Shown here: piece by piece, positions 1 through 9,336 of the stretch | Numbering within the stretch: position 1 is the first letter of the stretch | Layout of the letters: the number at the start of each line of letters is the position of its first letter | Program-made: the position numbers and the translations under genes | Notes under the pieces: generated by a model | Database searches by the model: none | What the model was told of the DNA's origin: nothing | Seen by the model: only the letters and a program-made list of their open reading frames with translations | DNA from: Bacteroidetes bacterium UBA7662 | GTDB taxonomy: Bacteria; Bacteroidota; Bacteroidia; UBA7662 | Direction: 5' to 3' | DNA: 64,000 bases | Assembly (NCBI GenBank): GCA_002483345.1 | Contig: DLHS01000003.1 | Span: 8,959 to 72,958, forward strand

Positions 1-1
1 C

Positions 2-1288
2 GGTTGTCTCGATAGCTCCGTCATCATTACCATTCAGCATTTTCCTGAACCCTCAATAAGCATACTCACCAACGATCCCACTTCCCGTTGTGCAGGTGAA
101 ACAGTTACCTTACGCTCCAACAGTCCTGACGGGAACCTGACCTACCAATGGATGCGGAATGGCAATCCGGTCACTGCTGCCGTTGGCAATGATTTCATCG
201 CGCTGCTTAGTGGTAATTATCAGGTGGTGGTCACCAACCTCCAGGGCTGTAGCGATACTTCCAATATCATTCAGGTTAATATACTTAACCGACCGTCAGC
301 TGCTGCCATCAGGCCCGGGCCTTTTGACTTGTGCGAAGGAGATCCCTTGCTGCTGGAGCTACCAAACCAGGCCAACGTAAATTACCAATGGTTCCTCAAC
401 AACAACCCAATTGCCGGTGCTATTACCCACCAGCTAAACGTTACACAGAGCGGCACCTACAGTTGTGCGGCCACACATCAGAACGGCTGCGGAGAGCTTA
501 GTCAGGATATTTTCGTGCAATTCAGGGTACGCCCTCCGGGCGCGCAACCACAGGCCAATGGACCGGTTTGTTTTGGAGATGTTATCGCCTTATCAGCCAA
601 TCCTGTTCCCAATGCCAGCTGTTCCTGGCGCGGACCTGCAAATTTCAGTGCCATCCAAACCAATGTGGTAATTAACAACGCTTCACCTGTAAATAGCGGC
701 TGGTACTACTGTCATGCTGTGCTGAATGGCTGTAGCAGCGTGGTTGACTCCGTTTTTGTACATGTTGAACCGGCCATCCCACAGTTTACCATTCGGGGTA
801 AAACAAGACTATGTACAGGTTATACCCTCGAACTGGAGGTTGACTCTTTCGCAGGTGCGGTTTACAACTGGACCAGCACCAATGGCTTGCAAGCCACGGG
901 GAAACGTATTGAACTTGAAAATGTATGGCTCAGCGACAGCGGCACCTATAGCCTTGACCTTACGGTAAACGGTTGCCCTGCTCCTCCTAAAAGTGTCAGA
1001 GTCACTGTAAACGACCATTCCTTTTATTTCCCCACCGCTTTCACACCCAATGGTGACGGCCTGAACGAAGTTTTCAAACCTGCCACCTTTTACGAAGGCC
1101 CTTACGATATCCGCATCTACGATCGTTGGGGTGCGTTGGTATTTAAATCAGATGACCCGAAAATCCCCTGGGATGGCACTGTATTCGGGGGCCCCGGGGA
1201 TGCCGGTGCCTACAATTATGTGCTTCATTTTGAAGGTTGTGTTAGAGAAAGCGAATACCTGAGTGGAACAGTATTGCTGCTGAGATAG
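2..1288 (+). CDS. 5'-truncated (window edge) secreted multi-Ig-like-repeat protein with a T9SS type-B C-terminal sorting domain
   Basis: Reading frame is open from base 2, and the ATG at 152 is internal. Repeated ~80-aa modules are present (TYQWMRNGNPV, NYQWFLNNNPIAG, CSWRGPANFS, NWTSTNGLQATG). The C-terminus FYFPTAFTPNGDGLNEVF...YDIRIYDRWGALVF...GTVLL matches the gliding-motility/T9SS type-B CTD. Confidence 0.75.
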   Translation, partial: GCLDSSVIITIQHFPEPSISILTNDPTSRCAGETVTLRSNSPDGNLTYQWMRNGNPVTAAVGNDFIALLSGNYQVVVTNLQGCSDTSNIIQVNILNRPSAAAIRPGPFDLCEGDPLLLELPNQANVNYQWFLNNNPIAGAITHQLNVTQSGTYSCAATHQNGCGELSQDIFVQFRVRPPGAQPQANGPVCFGDVIALSANPVPNASCSWRGPANFSAIQTNVVINNASPVNSGWYYCHAVLNGCSSVVDSVFVHVEPAIPQFTIRGKTRLCTGYTLELEVDSFAGAVYNWTSTNGLQATGKRIELENVWLSDSGTYSLDLTVNGCPAPPKSVRVTVNDHSFYFPTAFTPNGDGLNEVFKPATFYEGPYDIRIYDRWGALVFKSDDPKIPWDGTVFGGPGDAGAYNYVLHFEGCVRESEYLSGTVLLLR

Positions 1289-1429
1289 ACGATTATCCAT
1301 AGCCGACCAGGTGTAGTGTAGTTTGCTACCGCCGTCCCCTTTCACCGGATGGCGCGTGTTCCAAGCACGCTCATTCCTCCAGGTTAAACCACAAAAGAAC
1401 TAAACACAAAGAAAGAACAGACCTCCTCA

Positions 1430-1515
1430 TTTCTCTCTCCTCTCTCCTCTCTCCTCTCTCCTCTCTCCTCTCGTTTCTTACCTCTCGTTTCTCGCATCTC
1501 GCATCTCGATATCTA
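1430..1515. repeat. CT-rich microsatellite-like tract ((CTCTCCT)n then CTCGTTTCT/CTCGCATCTCG units ending CTCGATATCT)
   Basis: The tandem units are directly visible. The same unit grammar and CTCGAT(G/A)TCT terminus recur at 17862-17908, 28378-28442, 38085-38119 and 38513-38666. Confidence 0.8.
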
Positions 1516-1546
1516 AACAAAAAAAGGCCACCCGAGGGCAGCCTTA
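1513..1546 (-). terminator. Probable rho-independent terminator of secG
   Basis: On the minus strand, hairpin AAGGCTGCCCTCGGGTGGCCTT is followed by TTTTTTTGTTT immediately 3' of the secG stop. Confidence 0.5.
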
Positions 1547-1566
1547 ACAAAATCAAGATTGTTGTA

Positions 1567-1938
1567 TCAGTTAGCAGGAGCAGGTTCAGCCTGTACCGGC
1601 TGTTCAGCAGCAGGAGCAGCCTGTTGCTGTGGCTGTTGACCATTCGGGAGATTGTTAACAGGAGCTTGTTCTGCCTGCTCTTTAAGGGCAGAAGCAGGAA
1701 CAGCACCCTCTTCACCGCGTGGAATCCACACATTGATGAGTAAGGTAAGTATTAACAGACCAAGGCTGAGTATCCAGGTAGTTTTTTCAACCACATCGGT
1801 CGTGCGCTTTACGCCCATTACCTGATTGGAACCACTGAAATTGGCTGCGAGTCCGCCTCCTTTCGGCTTTTGAACCAGTACTACTAAAATGATCAGCACA
1901 CAAACAATGGCGATCAGGATGGTGATGAATGTATACAT
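1567..1938 (-). CDS. secG: Preprotein translocase subunit SecG
   Basis: N-terminus MYTFITILIAIVCVLIILVVLVQKPKGGGLAANFSG with a second TM segment is the typical SecG signature. The Q/A/P-rich C-terminal tail is as seen in Bacteroidetes SecG. Confidence 0.85.
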   Translation of the reverse strand: MYTFITILIAIVCVLIILVVLVQKPKGGGLAANFSGSNQVMGVKRTTDVVEKTTWILSLGLLILTLLINVWIPRGEEGAVPASALKEQAEQAPVNNLPNGQQPQQQAAPAAEQPVQAEPAPAN

Positions 1939-1946
1939 CTTATAAA

Positions 1947-3101
1947 TCAGTTATTCAGTTTTGCTTTTGTATTTGCAACAAGACCGGCAAAGTAAGTCAT
2001 TCTATCCGGAAATTTCAACATCAATTTCTGATAGATTCTCAGTGCCTTTTTATAATCCTTCTGGCTTTCATAGATTCCTGCCAGGGTTTCAGAAGCCGGC
2101 AACTCTTCGTCGGAGATACTTTCATAGGCCAAACGACGTATTTCTGCTTCTATTTCTTTATCTCGGCCTACCTCTGTATCATGGTTGATGATGGCTTTCA
2201 AATCATTTCTAAGCTCTTCCATGGTTGCTGGTTCTGCCTGTAACAGATCCCCTGACATATGCTCCAGATAAAGTTCCTCCAAAACATCGTCTGGCTGCTC
2301 CCGCAAGGGCTTACCGGCATAAAAACGGAACCAGCTTAGCCTGTCATGCGCCGTTTGCAGAAATGTATCCGTGTCGGCCGGCGATGTTACCACCTCTGTC
2401 TCAGAAACAACCTTTTCCCCGACAATCTCAGGTTGGATTTCCCCAAGGCGATCTTCCCCGGCGCCGGTAGCCTGATCTGACTCCGGTAACATATTTGCTG
2501 CAGACCCGGCTTCAGCCAACCCGGATATTACCCCGGTTTCAGGCTCATTTCCCGCCGCAGCTGCGCCTATATCTTCAGTTTCCATCTCCTCCACCTCAGG
2601 AGCCTCCGAGGGTAGACGGAGGGGTTCGAATCCCGGCTTTTCGGGGAGGATGGCAGATTCCTTCGCGGGATTGTTTTCCGGTTCCCAAAAAGTCTCCGCT
2701 GTCATTTCAGATTCAGCCGGTGTTTCTTCCGCCAGGGTTTCCGGCTCGGAAAGGGAATTCTGCCCTTGGTTAAAGCTGAAATTAACCCCTGTTGCTTCCC
2801 CGGTATCCCTGGTAGCAGCTGTCTCTGGTTGTTCATCCGGATGGGTTGACAGGGTAAGCAATTGCTGCAGCTCTTCATGCAAAGCGAGGGTCAGGTGTTG
2901 CTGATCCGGTGCATAAACGGCCGTTTTTTGCAACTGCCTGTTGAAACGGCTGCTATTCTGGCTTTTGTACTTTAAGGTGAGCAGCCATTGTGCTGTCGTA
3001 AAGTAAGGGTATTCCTTAACCAGTTCTTCCAGATCCTGGGTTTCATCTTCACGCAGCAATTCGGGCTGACGGGTAAAGGCAAGCAGTCGGTCTATCTTCA
3101 T
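1947..3101 (-). CDS. Hypothetical highly acidic (E/D/T-rich) protein with a C-terminal TPR-like helix pair
   Basis: 384-aa ORF with a low-complexity acidic middle. The C-terminus ...YESQKDYKKALRIYQKLMLKFPDRMTYFAGLVAN is TPR-like. It sits in the conserved lptE-x-secG position. Confidence 0.5.
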   Translation of the reverse strand: MKIDRLLAFTRQPELLREDETQDLEELVKEYPYFTTAQWLLTLKYKSQNSSRFNRQLQKTAVYAPDQQHLTLALHEELQQLLTLSTHPDEQPETAATRDTGEATGVNFSFNQGQNSLSEPETLAEETPAESEMTAETFWEPENNPAKESAILPEKPGFEPLRLPSEAPEVEEMETEDIGAAAAGNEPETGVISGLAEAGSAANMLPESDQATGAGEDRLGEIQPEIVGEKVVSETEVVTSPADTDTFLQTAHDRLSWFRFYAGKPLREQPDDVLEELYLEHMSGDLLQAEPATMEELRNDLKAIINHDTEVGRDKEIEAEIRRLAYESISDEELPASETLAGIYESQKDYKKALRIYQKLMLKFPDRMTYFAGLVANTKAKLNN

Positions 3102-3610
3102 TACCAGTTCACAAATGCTTTGTTGAAAATATCGTCAACCAGTTGGGTTACAATCTCCTGAATCAGCTGGTCTTCCACAGTGCTTAAGTCCGCGTTGGCA
3201 GGAAAATCGGCATAACGCCTGAAAACTGTCTCAAAATCCTGCTTGGGGTCTATTTTATTGGCATAAATCACTTTAACCCCTATAGTCAGGCGGTTGATGG
3301 TGGTTTGTTCAGCCCCGGAAACAGCTGCAGGTGCAACATTGTACTCTTGTATGTTTCCTTCAAAAATGAGATCTCCTTCTGAATCGATAAGCTGCAAACC
3401 TGTTTCTGCCAGAAACTTGCTGCGTACCCGGTCGCTTAAAACCTGTGCCAGGGTGGGCGCTACGACCGGAGCAGTATTCTCAAACTGGATGATGGTCATT
3501 GTTTTTGCTTCAGGCGGAATGGAGGCGCCACTGAACGAATAAATACCACATCCCTGTACTGCAGGTAATAATAGCAACAGCAGTAAACCAGTTTTATACT
3601 TCGATGTCAT
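3101..3610 (-). CDS. lptE: LptE-like lipopolysaccharide-assembly lipoprotein
   Basis: Lipobox LLLLLLPAVQG-C after start MTSKYKTG (ATG at 3610). Size of about 170 aa and the position between the sigma54 activator and secG match Bacteroidetes lptE. Confidence 0.55.
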   Translation of the reverse strand: MTSKYKTGLLLLLLLPAVQGCGIYSFSGASIPPEAKTMTIIQFENTAPVVAPTLAQVLSDRVRSKFLAETGLQLIDSEGDLIFEGNIQEYNVAPAAVSGAEQTTINRLTIGVKVIYANKIDPKQDFETVFRRYADFPANADLSTVEDQLIQEIVTQLVDDIFNKAFVNW

Positions 3611-4847
3611 ATTCCTTGATCTTGCGGTACAAAGTACGTTCACTGATTCCTAACTCAACGGCAGCATTTTTACGCCGGCCCTGGTGCTTTTTCAAGGCAC
3701 GCAATATCATGCGTTTCTCTACTTCCTCCAGCGATAAATTTTCTTCAATATCCTCCACATCATCGCGGTGATCAAACTTACTCCGAACCTCCGTATAACC
3801 ATTGGCACCCCCCATGATATTAGTGGGTACTGCCGGCTGAGAACGGGATTCTTCTGAAGGGGGGCTATGCATCAGTTGCTCCAGATAAACCTGATCTGCA
3901 GGTGAAAAATGGAGGTCATCCTGCGACTGTACCATGTGGCTGACTACCTTCTTCAGTTCATTCAGGTCTCTTTTCATATCGAAAAGTACCTTGTAAAGTA
4001 TTTCCCTTTCGTTCAGATCCTCGGTACTGCCGTTCTGCGTGACCATTGGCAAGCCGCTGTTTCTGTTCAGTAAGGGCAGGTATTTAAGCGCTTCCTCTCC
4101 TTCAACCAAACGATAAGGTGCCAATACGGAAATTTGCTCTGCAACATTTTTCAGTTGCCGGATATTACCCGGCCAGGGGTAATTACGCAGATAATTGATC
4201 GCTACCTCATCCAGCTGGATTGGTTGACTGGCGTACTTCTCGGCAAAATCAATCGAAAATTTGCGAAAAAGCAGCGGAATATCCTCCGGCCTTTCCCGCA
4301 GCGGGGGTATGTGAATAGATACCGTATTCATCCGGTAATACAAATCTTCACGGAATTTGTTCTTCCCGATTTGTTCAGCCAGATCCACATTGGAAGCGGC
4401 GATAACCCGAACATCGGTTTTCTGAACCTTGGAAGATCCTACTTTGATAAATTCTCCGGTTTCCAAAACCCGTAACAACCGCGCCTGCGTACCTAAAGGC
4501 ATTTCCGCAACTTCATCCAGAAAGATGGTGCCTCCGTTTACAGTCTCAAAATAACCCTGACGAGCCTCGAAAGCACCTGTAAAAGAGCCCTTTTCATGTC
4601 CGAAAAGCTCTGAATCGATGGTGCCTTCCGGAATGGCACCGCAGTTCACAGCTATAAACTTGCCATGTTTGCGGTTGCTGAGCTGATGTAAAATCTTTGA
4701 AAAAACCTCTTTCCCTACCCCGCTTTCACCACTTATAAGTACCGAAACATCTGTTGCAGCAACTTGCACGGCTATTTTGAGGGCATGATTCAGCGAAGGG
4801 CTGTTGCCTATGATGCCAAAACGCTGCTTTACACTTTGCAAATCCAT
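3594..4847 (-). CDS. Sigma-54-dependent Fis-family transcriptional activator (bEBP lacking an N-terminal receiver domain)
   Basis: Walker A GESGVGKE, ESELFGHEKGSFTGA (GAFTGA variant), arginine-finger region, and a C-terminal Fis-type HTH (AAVELGISERTLYRKIKEY). Confidence 0.9.
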   Translation of the reverse strand: MDLQSVKQRFGIIGNSPSLNHALKIAVQVAATDVSVLISGESGVGKEVFSKILHQLSNRKHGKFIAVNCGAIPEGTIDSELFGHEKGSFTGAFEARQGYFETVNGGTIFLDEVAEMPLGTQARLLRVLETGEFIKVGSSKVQKTDVRVIAASNVDLAEQIGKNKFREDLYYRMNTVSIHIPPLRERPEDIPLLFRKFSIDFAEKYASQPIQLDEVAINYLRNYPWPGNIRQLKNVAEQISVLAPYRLVEGEEALKYLPLLNRNSGLPMVTQNGSTEDLNEREILYKVLFDMKRDLNELKKVVSHMVQSQDDLHFSPADQVYLEQLMHSPPSEESRSQPAVPTNIMGGANGYTEVRSKFDHRDDVEDIEENLSLEEVEKRMILRALKKHQGRRKNAAVELGISERTLYRKIKEYDIEV

Positions 4848-4850
4848 GAC

Positions 4851-5624
4851 CTAAACTTTGGGTTCAGAAAGTTCAATCACCGACATCCAGGCATAACGTC
4901 TGAGTATCGGAAAAACACGGAAAAGGAAGGCATCAACCCTATCCAGTAACGCCAGAACGGGCTTAAAGAGAGGCGTATGGCGGAACATGACCGCAGCAAT
5001 GGAAAGCATGTGGTAGTAACGCACTTTCACCTGACCAAAGTACCGTCGGGCGAGTCGTATGTCTGCAATCTTCAGGGGGTGTTCATCTTCCGTCCGGAGT
5101 TTGGGGGTAAGCCACCTGTAAAGGTTGATGATGGGATTATGTCCCAGAGGCTCAATAAAAACTGCTTTCCCGCCAGGTTTCAGACAGCGGACAATCTCCT
5201 GATAGGCTTTGTGAAGTTCCAGGTGATGGATGATGGCCGACCCGATGATACGGTCGAAATACCGGTCGGGGAATTCGAGGGCCTCTGCATTCATGACCTT
5301 AAATTCTGGCTGAACCCCTAATCTGACAGCCTCCTCTGCAGCGAGTTTAATAGCTACATCGCTGATGTCGATACCGGTTATGCGGGCACCCATGCCAGCC
5401 AGGGCAAAGGCCTGACTTCCGGGGCCACAGCCATATTCAAGCATCCGTTTGCCCTCACAAGTGTCGGCAATGGCCTGGTGATAATGTGCCCGGCTTTGGG
5501 CGATGGTTTCGTAATACTTATCAACCGACTTGCGCAAATCCTCCGCAAAAGCCTTGTTATGGTATTCCTTCTCACGTTCAAGTCGTGCCGCTGTTTCCAG
5601 ATCGGGACTGATAGGCTGACTCAT
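4851..5624 (-). CDS. Class I SAM-dependent methyltransferase
   Basis: Motif [28 protein letters not shown]. Overlaps miaB and the sigma54 activator by 4 nt each, consistent with an operon. Confidence 0.8.
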   Translation of the reverse strand: MSQPISPDLETAARLEREKEYHNKAFAEDLRKSVDKYYETIAQSRAHYHQAIADTCEGKRMLEYGCGPGSQAFALAGMGARITGIDISDVAIKLAAEEAVRLGVQPEFKVMNAEALEFPDRYFDRIIGSAIIHHLELHKAYQEIVRCLKPGGKAVFIEPLGHNPIINLYRWLTPKLRTEDEHPLKIADIRLARRYFGQVKVRYYHMLSIAAVMFRHTPLFKPVLALLDRVDAFLFRVFPILRRYAWMSVIELSEPKV

Positions 5625-7051
5625 GCTTCTTTCACAATTTCACCCAGTAAGGTAGCCTGGGTACAGCTTACTACCTTTACATATACGTAATCACCCCGCT
5701 GTACCCCTTGTCTCGGGAACACCATCATTTTGTTCTGGCTGTTCCGTCCACAATAAAAATCTTCTGATTTGCGGGAAGGGCCTTCAACCAGTACTTTAAA
5801 GGTTTTACCCAGATCTGCTTCATTGCTCAGCAAACTTTGCTGGTTCTGTAGTTGTATGATTTCCTGTAAGCGGCGGCTTTTTACTTCTTCCGGAATATCA
5901 TCTACGAACTTGCGGGCAGCGAGTGTTCCCGGACGTTCTGAATATTTGAACATAAAGGCGAAGGTGTATTTCCCGAAGGCTATCATGCTCAGGGTGTCCT
6001 GATGCTGTTGTTCCGTTTCTCCACAGAAACCGGCAATGATGTCGGTTGTAATGGAACAATCAGGCAAAATACGCCGGATGGCCTCCACCCTGCCTATGTA
6101 CCAGTCGCGGTCGTAGGTGCGGTTCATACGTTCAAGGACAACGCTGTTGCCTGACTGTACCGGCAGGTGAATGTTTTTGCAGATATTATCGTAGGCTGCC
6201 ATGGTATGCAACACTTCGTCAGTGATGTCTTTCGGATGGGAGGTGGAAAAACGAACCCTTAATTGAGGATCAATTTGTGCTACGAGTTCCAGCAAACGGG
6301 CAAAATTCACTTTTTCGCTGCCGTCTTCAGATGTCCAGTGGAATGAATCCACATTCTGCCCGAGCAGGGTGACTTCCTTGTAGTCGTTTTCAAAAAGCTG
6401 GCGACATTCCTGCACTATGGTATGAGGGTCTCTGCTTCTTTCTCTGCCCCTGGTAAATGGCACCACACAGAAAGAGCACATATTGTCACAGCCCCGCATG
6501 ATGGTTACAAACGCCAGCACACCATTTCCACCCAGGCGAACCGGGGTGATGTCGGCATAGGTTTCTTCCCTGCTAAGCAATACGTTGACGGCTTTGGAAC
6601 CGCTGTCGACTTGTTCCAGAAGGTTGGGGAGATCCTTGTAAGCATCAGGCCCTACTACCAGATCGACCAGTTTTTCCTGTTCGAGCAGTTTGGATTTCAG
6701 GCGCTCTGCCATGCAGCCCAATACGCCTACTACCAGCTCGGGTTTATTTTTTTTATGCTGACGGAAAACCTGCAACCTGCCGCGGACTTTCTGCTCCGCG
6801 TTATCACGGATAGAACAAGTATTGATAAATACCACATCCGCTTCTTCCAGCGCCGCTGTGGGTACATAACCATTTTCCGACATGATGGAGGCTACAATCT
6901 CGCTGTCAGAGAAATTCATCTGACAGCCATAGCTCTCCAGGTACATTTTCTTCAGGCCGGGTGCTGCGGGAATGTCCAGCACAAATGCCTCACCCTGCCG
7001 GCCTTCATCCTGCACTTTTTCGAACACATTGCCTGAAAAAGGATTCGCCAT
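5621..7051 (-). CDS. miaB: tRNA-i6A37 methylthiotransferase MiaB (radical SAM)
   Basis: N-terminal MTTase cluster [15 protein letters not shown] and radical-SAM motif [21 protein letters not shown]. Start placed at the MANPF ATG (7051). The longer ORF to 7099 and an ATG at 6946 are alternatives. Confidence 0.85.
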   Translation of the reverse strand: MANPFSGNVFEKVQDEGRQGEAFVLDIPAAPGLKKMYLESYGCQMNFSDSEIVASIMSENGYVPTAALEEADVVFINTCSIRDNAEQKVRGRLQVFRQHKKNKPELVVGVLGCMAERLKSKLLEQEKLVDLVVGPDAYKDLPNLLEQVDSGSKAVNVLLSREETYADITPVRLGGNGVLAFVTIMRGCDNMCSFCVVPFTRGRERSRDPHTIVQECRQLFENDYKEVTLLGQNVDSFHWTSEDGSEKVNFARLLELVAQIDPQLRVRFSTSHPKDITDEVLHTMAAYDNICKNIHLPVQSGNSVVLERMNRTYDRDWYIGRVEAIRRILPDCSITTDIIAGFCGETEQQHQDTLSMIAFGKYTFAFMFKYSERPGTLAARKFVDDIPEEVKSRRLQEIIQLQNQQSLLSNEADLGKTFKVLVEGPSRKSEDFYCGRNSQNKMMVFPRQGVQRGDYVYVKVVSCTQATLLGEIVKEA

Positions 7052-7205
7052 CTTGTTTTTTAATTTGTGCAAAAATACGAAAAAAGCACCATCAACCATG
7101 ACAGTTTGTCAGCCCTGTCAGTTAATCCTGAAAATTATCTTTACTTAACTGCGCATAACAGAAAGACAATCTTTAAATTAGAGTTTAAATCCAAAATCAA
7201 ACTGC

Positions 7206-9200
7206 ATGAAAAAAATACTACTTATGGCTTGTTTGCTGGTAGGAGCCTCTTTGGCTGCCACAGCACAAACGGGTTACTACATGGTCCCACACCTTTACGG
7301 ACCGGGCAACCCTGGTGGATATAACACAGACGATGAATACCCCAGTGGTGGTGGTATGGTCGCAGGCTGGAGCACTCTTGCTGGTGGTACTGCCACTACA
7401 CCGAGCTGGTCGGGTGTTCAGAATTTGCCATTTTTATTTGAATTTAATGGAACTGCTGTCTTTCAATTCAAAGTGAGCACAGCCGGAGTTCTTACCTTCG
7501 ATGTTGCTTCTACTGTAAATCCTGCTTACGGTAATGTTACTTTGCCTAGTGCCAACATTCCGGATCAGTCTATCGTAGTACTTGGTTCAGATGCATCAGG
7601 TGCCAACGACTTTGTAGTGACCAAAACATTCGGTCCTGCCGGTCATCAGCAAATGTGGATTCAGTTCAATTCTTACACTGTAATCGGCCAGCCTACTTGT
7701 TGGTCGTACTGGGCCATTGTGCTTGAAGAAGGTTCCAATAACATTTACATCGTTGACCAACGTTATGCATGTGCTACTACTACCTCTTTTTCAGTAGGTG
7801 TACAAATTGACGGTTCTACAGCAGTTGCTCCAAGTGCATTGGTTAATGCTTTGGGTGGTACAGATGCCGGTGCTGCTTCCAATAACTATTATGCATTCCT
7901 TCCGGGCACCCGTCCGGCACTGGGCCTGAAAATGGCTACCATTGATCTTCAGGGATTTGCTTATATCAATGCCAGTACTACCCTTTCCGGTCGTGTGGTC
8001 AATACCGGTACCACTGCTATCACCTCAGCAACCATCAACTATAAAGTTGGTACTGCCGCTACTGTTTCCAGCAATCTGACAGGTCTCAACCTTGCGTCGA
8101 ATGCCATGGCACCTGTTACCCATCCAACAGCATGGACTGCTACCTCAGCGGGTACTTTTAATGTCAAAATGTGGTTGTCTAACATCAACGGTGGTGGCAC
8201 CAACTCTGACACCGTGAGCAAAGATGTGGCGGTTATTTCTTCGGTAATCAGCAATCTGGCTGTTTTCGAACACTTCACCAATGCCTCTTGTGCCCCTTGT
8301 GCTGCACAGAACCCGGCTTTCACAGCCATGCTGAACAACAACAAGACCAAAGCAACCAGCATCAAACACCACGTTAGCTGGCCGGGTGTTGACCCCATGT
8401 ATTCTGCCAATACCACCGATCCAACAGCACGTGTTACTTACTACGGTGTAGGCGGTGTTCCTGAAGTTCACATCGGAACCGTATCGACCGGCCCTACCGG
8501 CGTTACCCAAAACATGATCGACCAGCAGTACAACAACCTGCTCGATGCGTGGAATTACACCCTGGAAACCTCTATCACCGGTCAAAACCTGGCGATTACA
8601 GGTAATGTGGTTGCTAACCGTACCCTCACACAAACCGACCATGTACTGCATGTTGCCGTTGTAGAAGACCCTATTAACTATGCAACTGCCCCCGGTACCA
8701 ATGGTGAAAAAGATTTTGAATCTGTTCTGCGTAAACTGTTGCCTTCAGCAGCAGGTACTACCCTCGGTGCCGGTGCCACCGCTACTCCGGTAACCCTGAA
8801 CTATACCTTGCCTGCCAACTTCAACAAAGACAGAATATTCGTCGTTGTATTTGTACAGTCAGCCGGTTCTAAAATTGTATACAAAGGAGCTAAAATCAAA
8901 GCTGGTGCATCCCTTGCAACCACTACTCAGGTACTGGATGCCAACCGCAACAGCAGCAGTGTTTATCCTAATCCGGTTGCTGACATGGCACAACTCAACA
9001 TTGAGTTGAAACAAACTTCAAAAGTACGTATGGAAGTCAAAAACCTCCTCGGACAAACCATGAAGTCTGTTGATCTGGGCACTATGGAAGCCGGCGTTCA
9101 TCAGCAAATTGCTGATCTCAACGAGCTTACCGGAGGCATGTATCTGCTCCAGCTGCAAATTGGTAATGAAGTGCATACGCACCGTATCATCAAGCAGTAA
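7206..9200 (+). CDS. Secreted cell-surface protein with a T9SS type-A C-terminal sorting domain
   Basis: Signal peptide MKKILLMACLLVGASLAATAQ. C-terminal ~80 aa (SSVYPNPVADMAQLNIEL...GMYLLQLQIGNEVHTHRIIKQ) matches the Por-secretion CTD. An internal FTNASCAPCA CxxC-type motif is present. Confidence 0.75.
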   Translation: MKKILLMACLLVGASLAATAQTGYYMVPHLYGPGNPGGYNTDDEYPSGGGMVAGWSTLAGGTATTPSWSGVQNLPFLFEFNGTAVFQFKVSTAGVLTFDVASTVNPAYGNVTLPSANIPDQSIVVLGSDASGANDFVVTKTFGPAGHQQMWIQFNSYTVIGQPTCWSYWAIVLEEGSNNIYIVDQRYACATTTSFSVGVQIDGSTAVAPSALVNALGGTDAGAASNNYYAFLPGTRPALGLKMATIDLQGFAYINASTTLSGRVVNTGTTAITSATINYKVGTAATVSSNLTGLNLASNAMAPVTHPTAWTATSAGTFNVKMWLSNINGGGTNSDTVSKDVAVISSVISNLAVFEHFTNASCAPCAAQNPAFTAMLNNNKTKATSIKHHVSWPGVDPMYSANTTDPTARVTYYGVGGVPEVHIGTVSTGPTGVTQNMIDQQYNNLLDAWNYTLETSITGQNLAITGNVVANRTLTQTDHVLHVAVVEDPINYATAPGTNGEKDFESVLRKLLPSAAGTTLGAGATATPVTLNYTLPANFNKDRIFVVVFVQSAGSKIVYKGAKIKAGASLATTTQVLDANRNSSSVYPNPVADMAQLNIELKQTSKVRMEVKNLLGQTMKSVDLGTMEAGVHQQIADLNELTGGMYLLQLQIGNEVHTHRIIKQ

Positions 9201-9220
9201 TTTTTAAAGTTTTTCTTCCA

Positions 9221-9250
9221 GCCCGTCTGTTTATGCAGACGGGCTTTTTT
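9221..9250 (+). terminator. Rho-independent terminator
   Basis: GCCCGTCTG-TTTATG-CAGACGGGC followed by TTTTTTGTTTT. Confidence 0.7.
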
Positions 9251-9336
9251 GTTTTACGGGTGAGATTTATTGATTCTTTTCTCCAAAAACTTGGTTAAAA
9301 GATGCTTGTTGCTGAACTTAGAAAACTACTAATGCT

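Noticed and set aside
1371-1733. 120-aa minus-strand ORF (MCGFHAVKRV...ERREERGERREEREMRRS)
   Set aside because: It is translated across the CT microsatellite tract and the secG 3' end. The low-complexity ERRE repeats come from the CTCTCC DNA repeats and there is no coding signal.
8039-8651. Antisense ORFs (125 and 168 aa) inside the 7206-9200 gene
   Set aside because: They are fully embedded opposite a long CDS that has a signal peptide and a C-terminal sorting domain, which marks the plus strand as the real gene.
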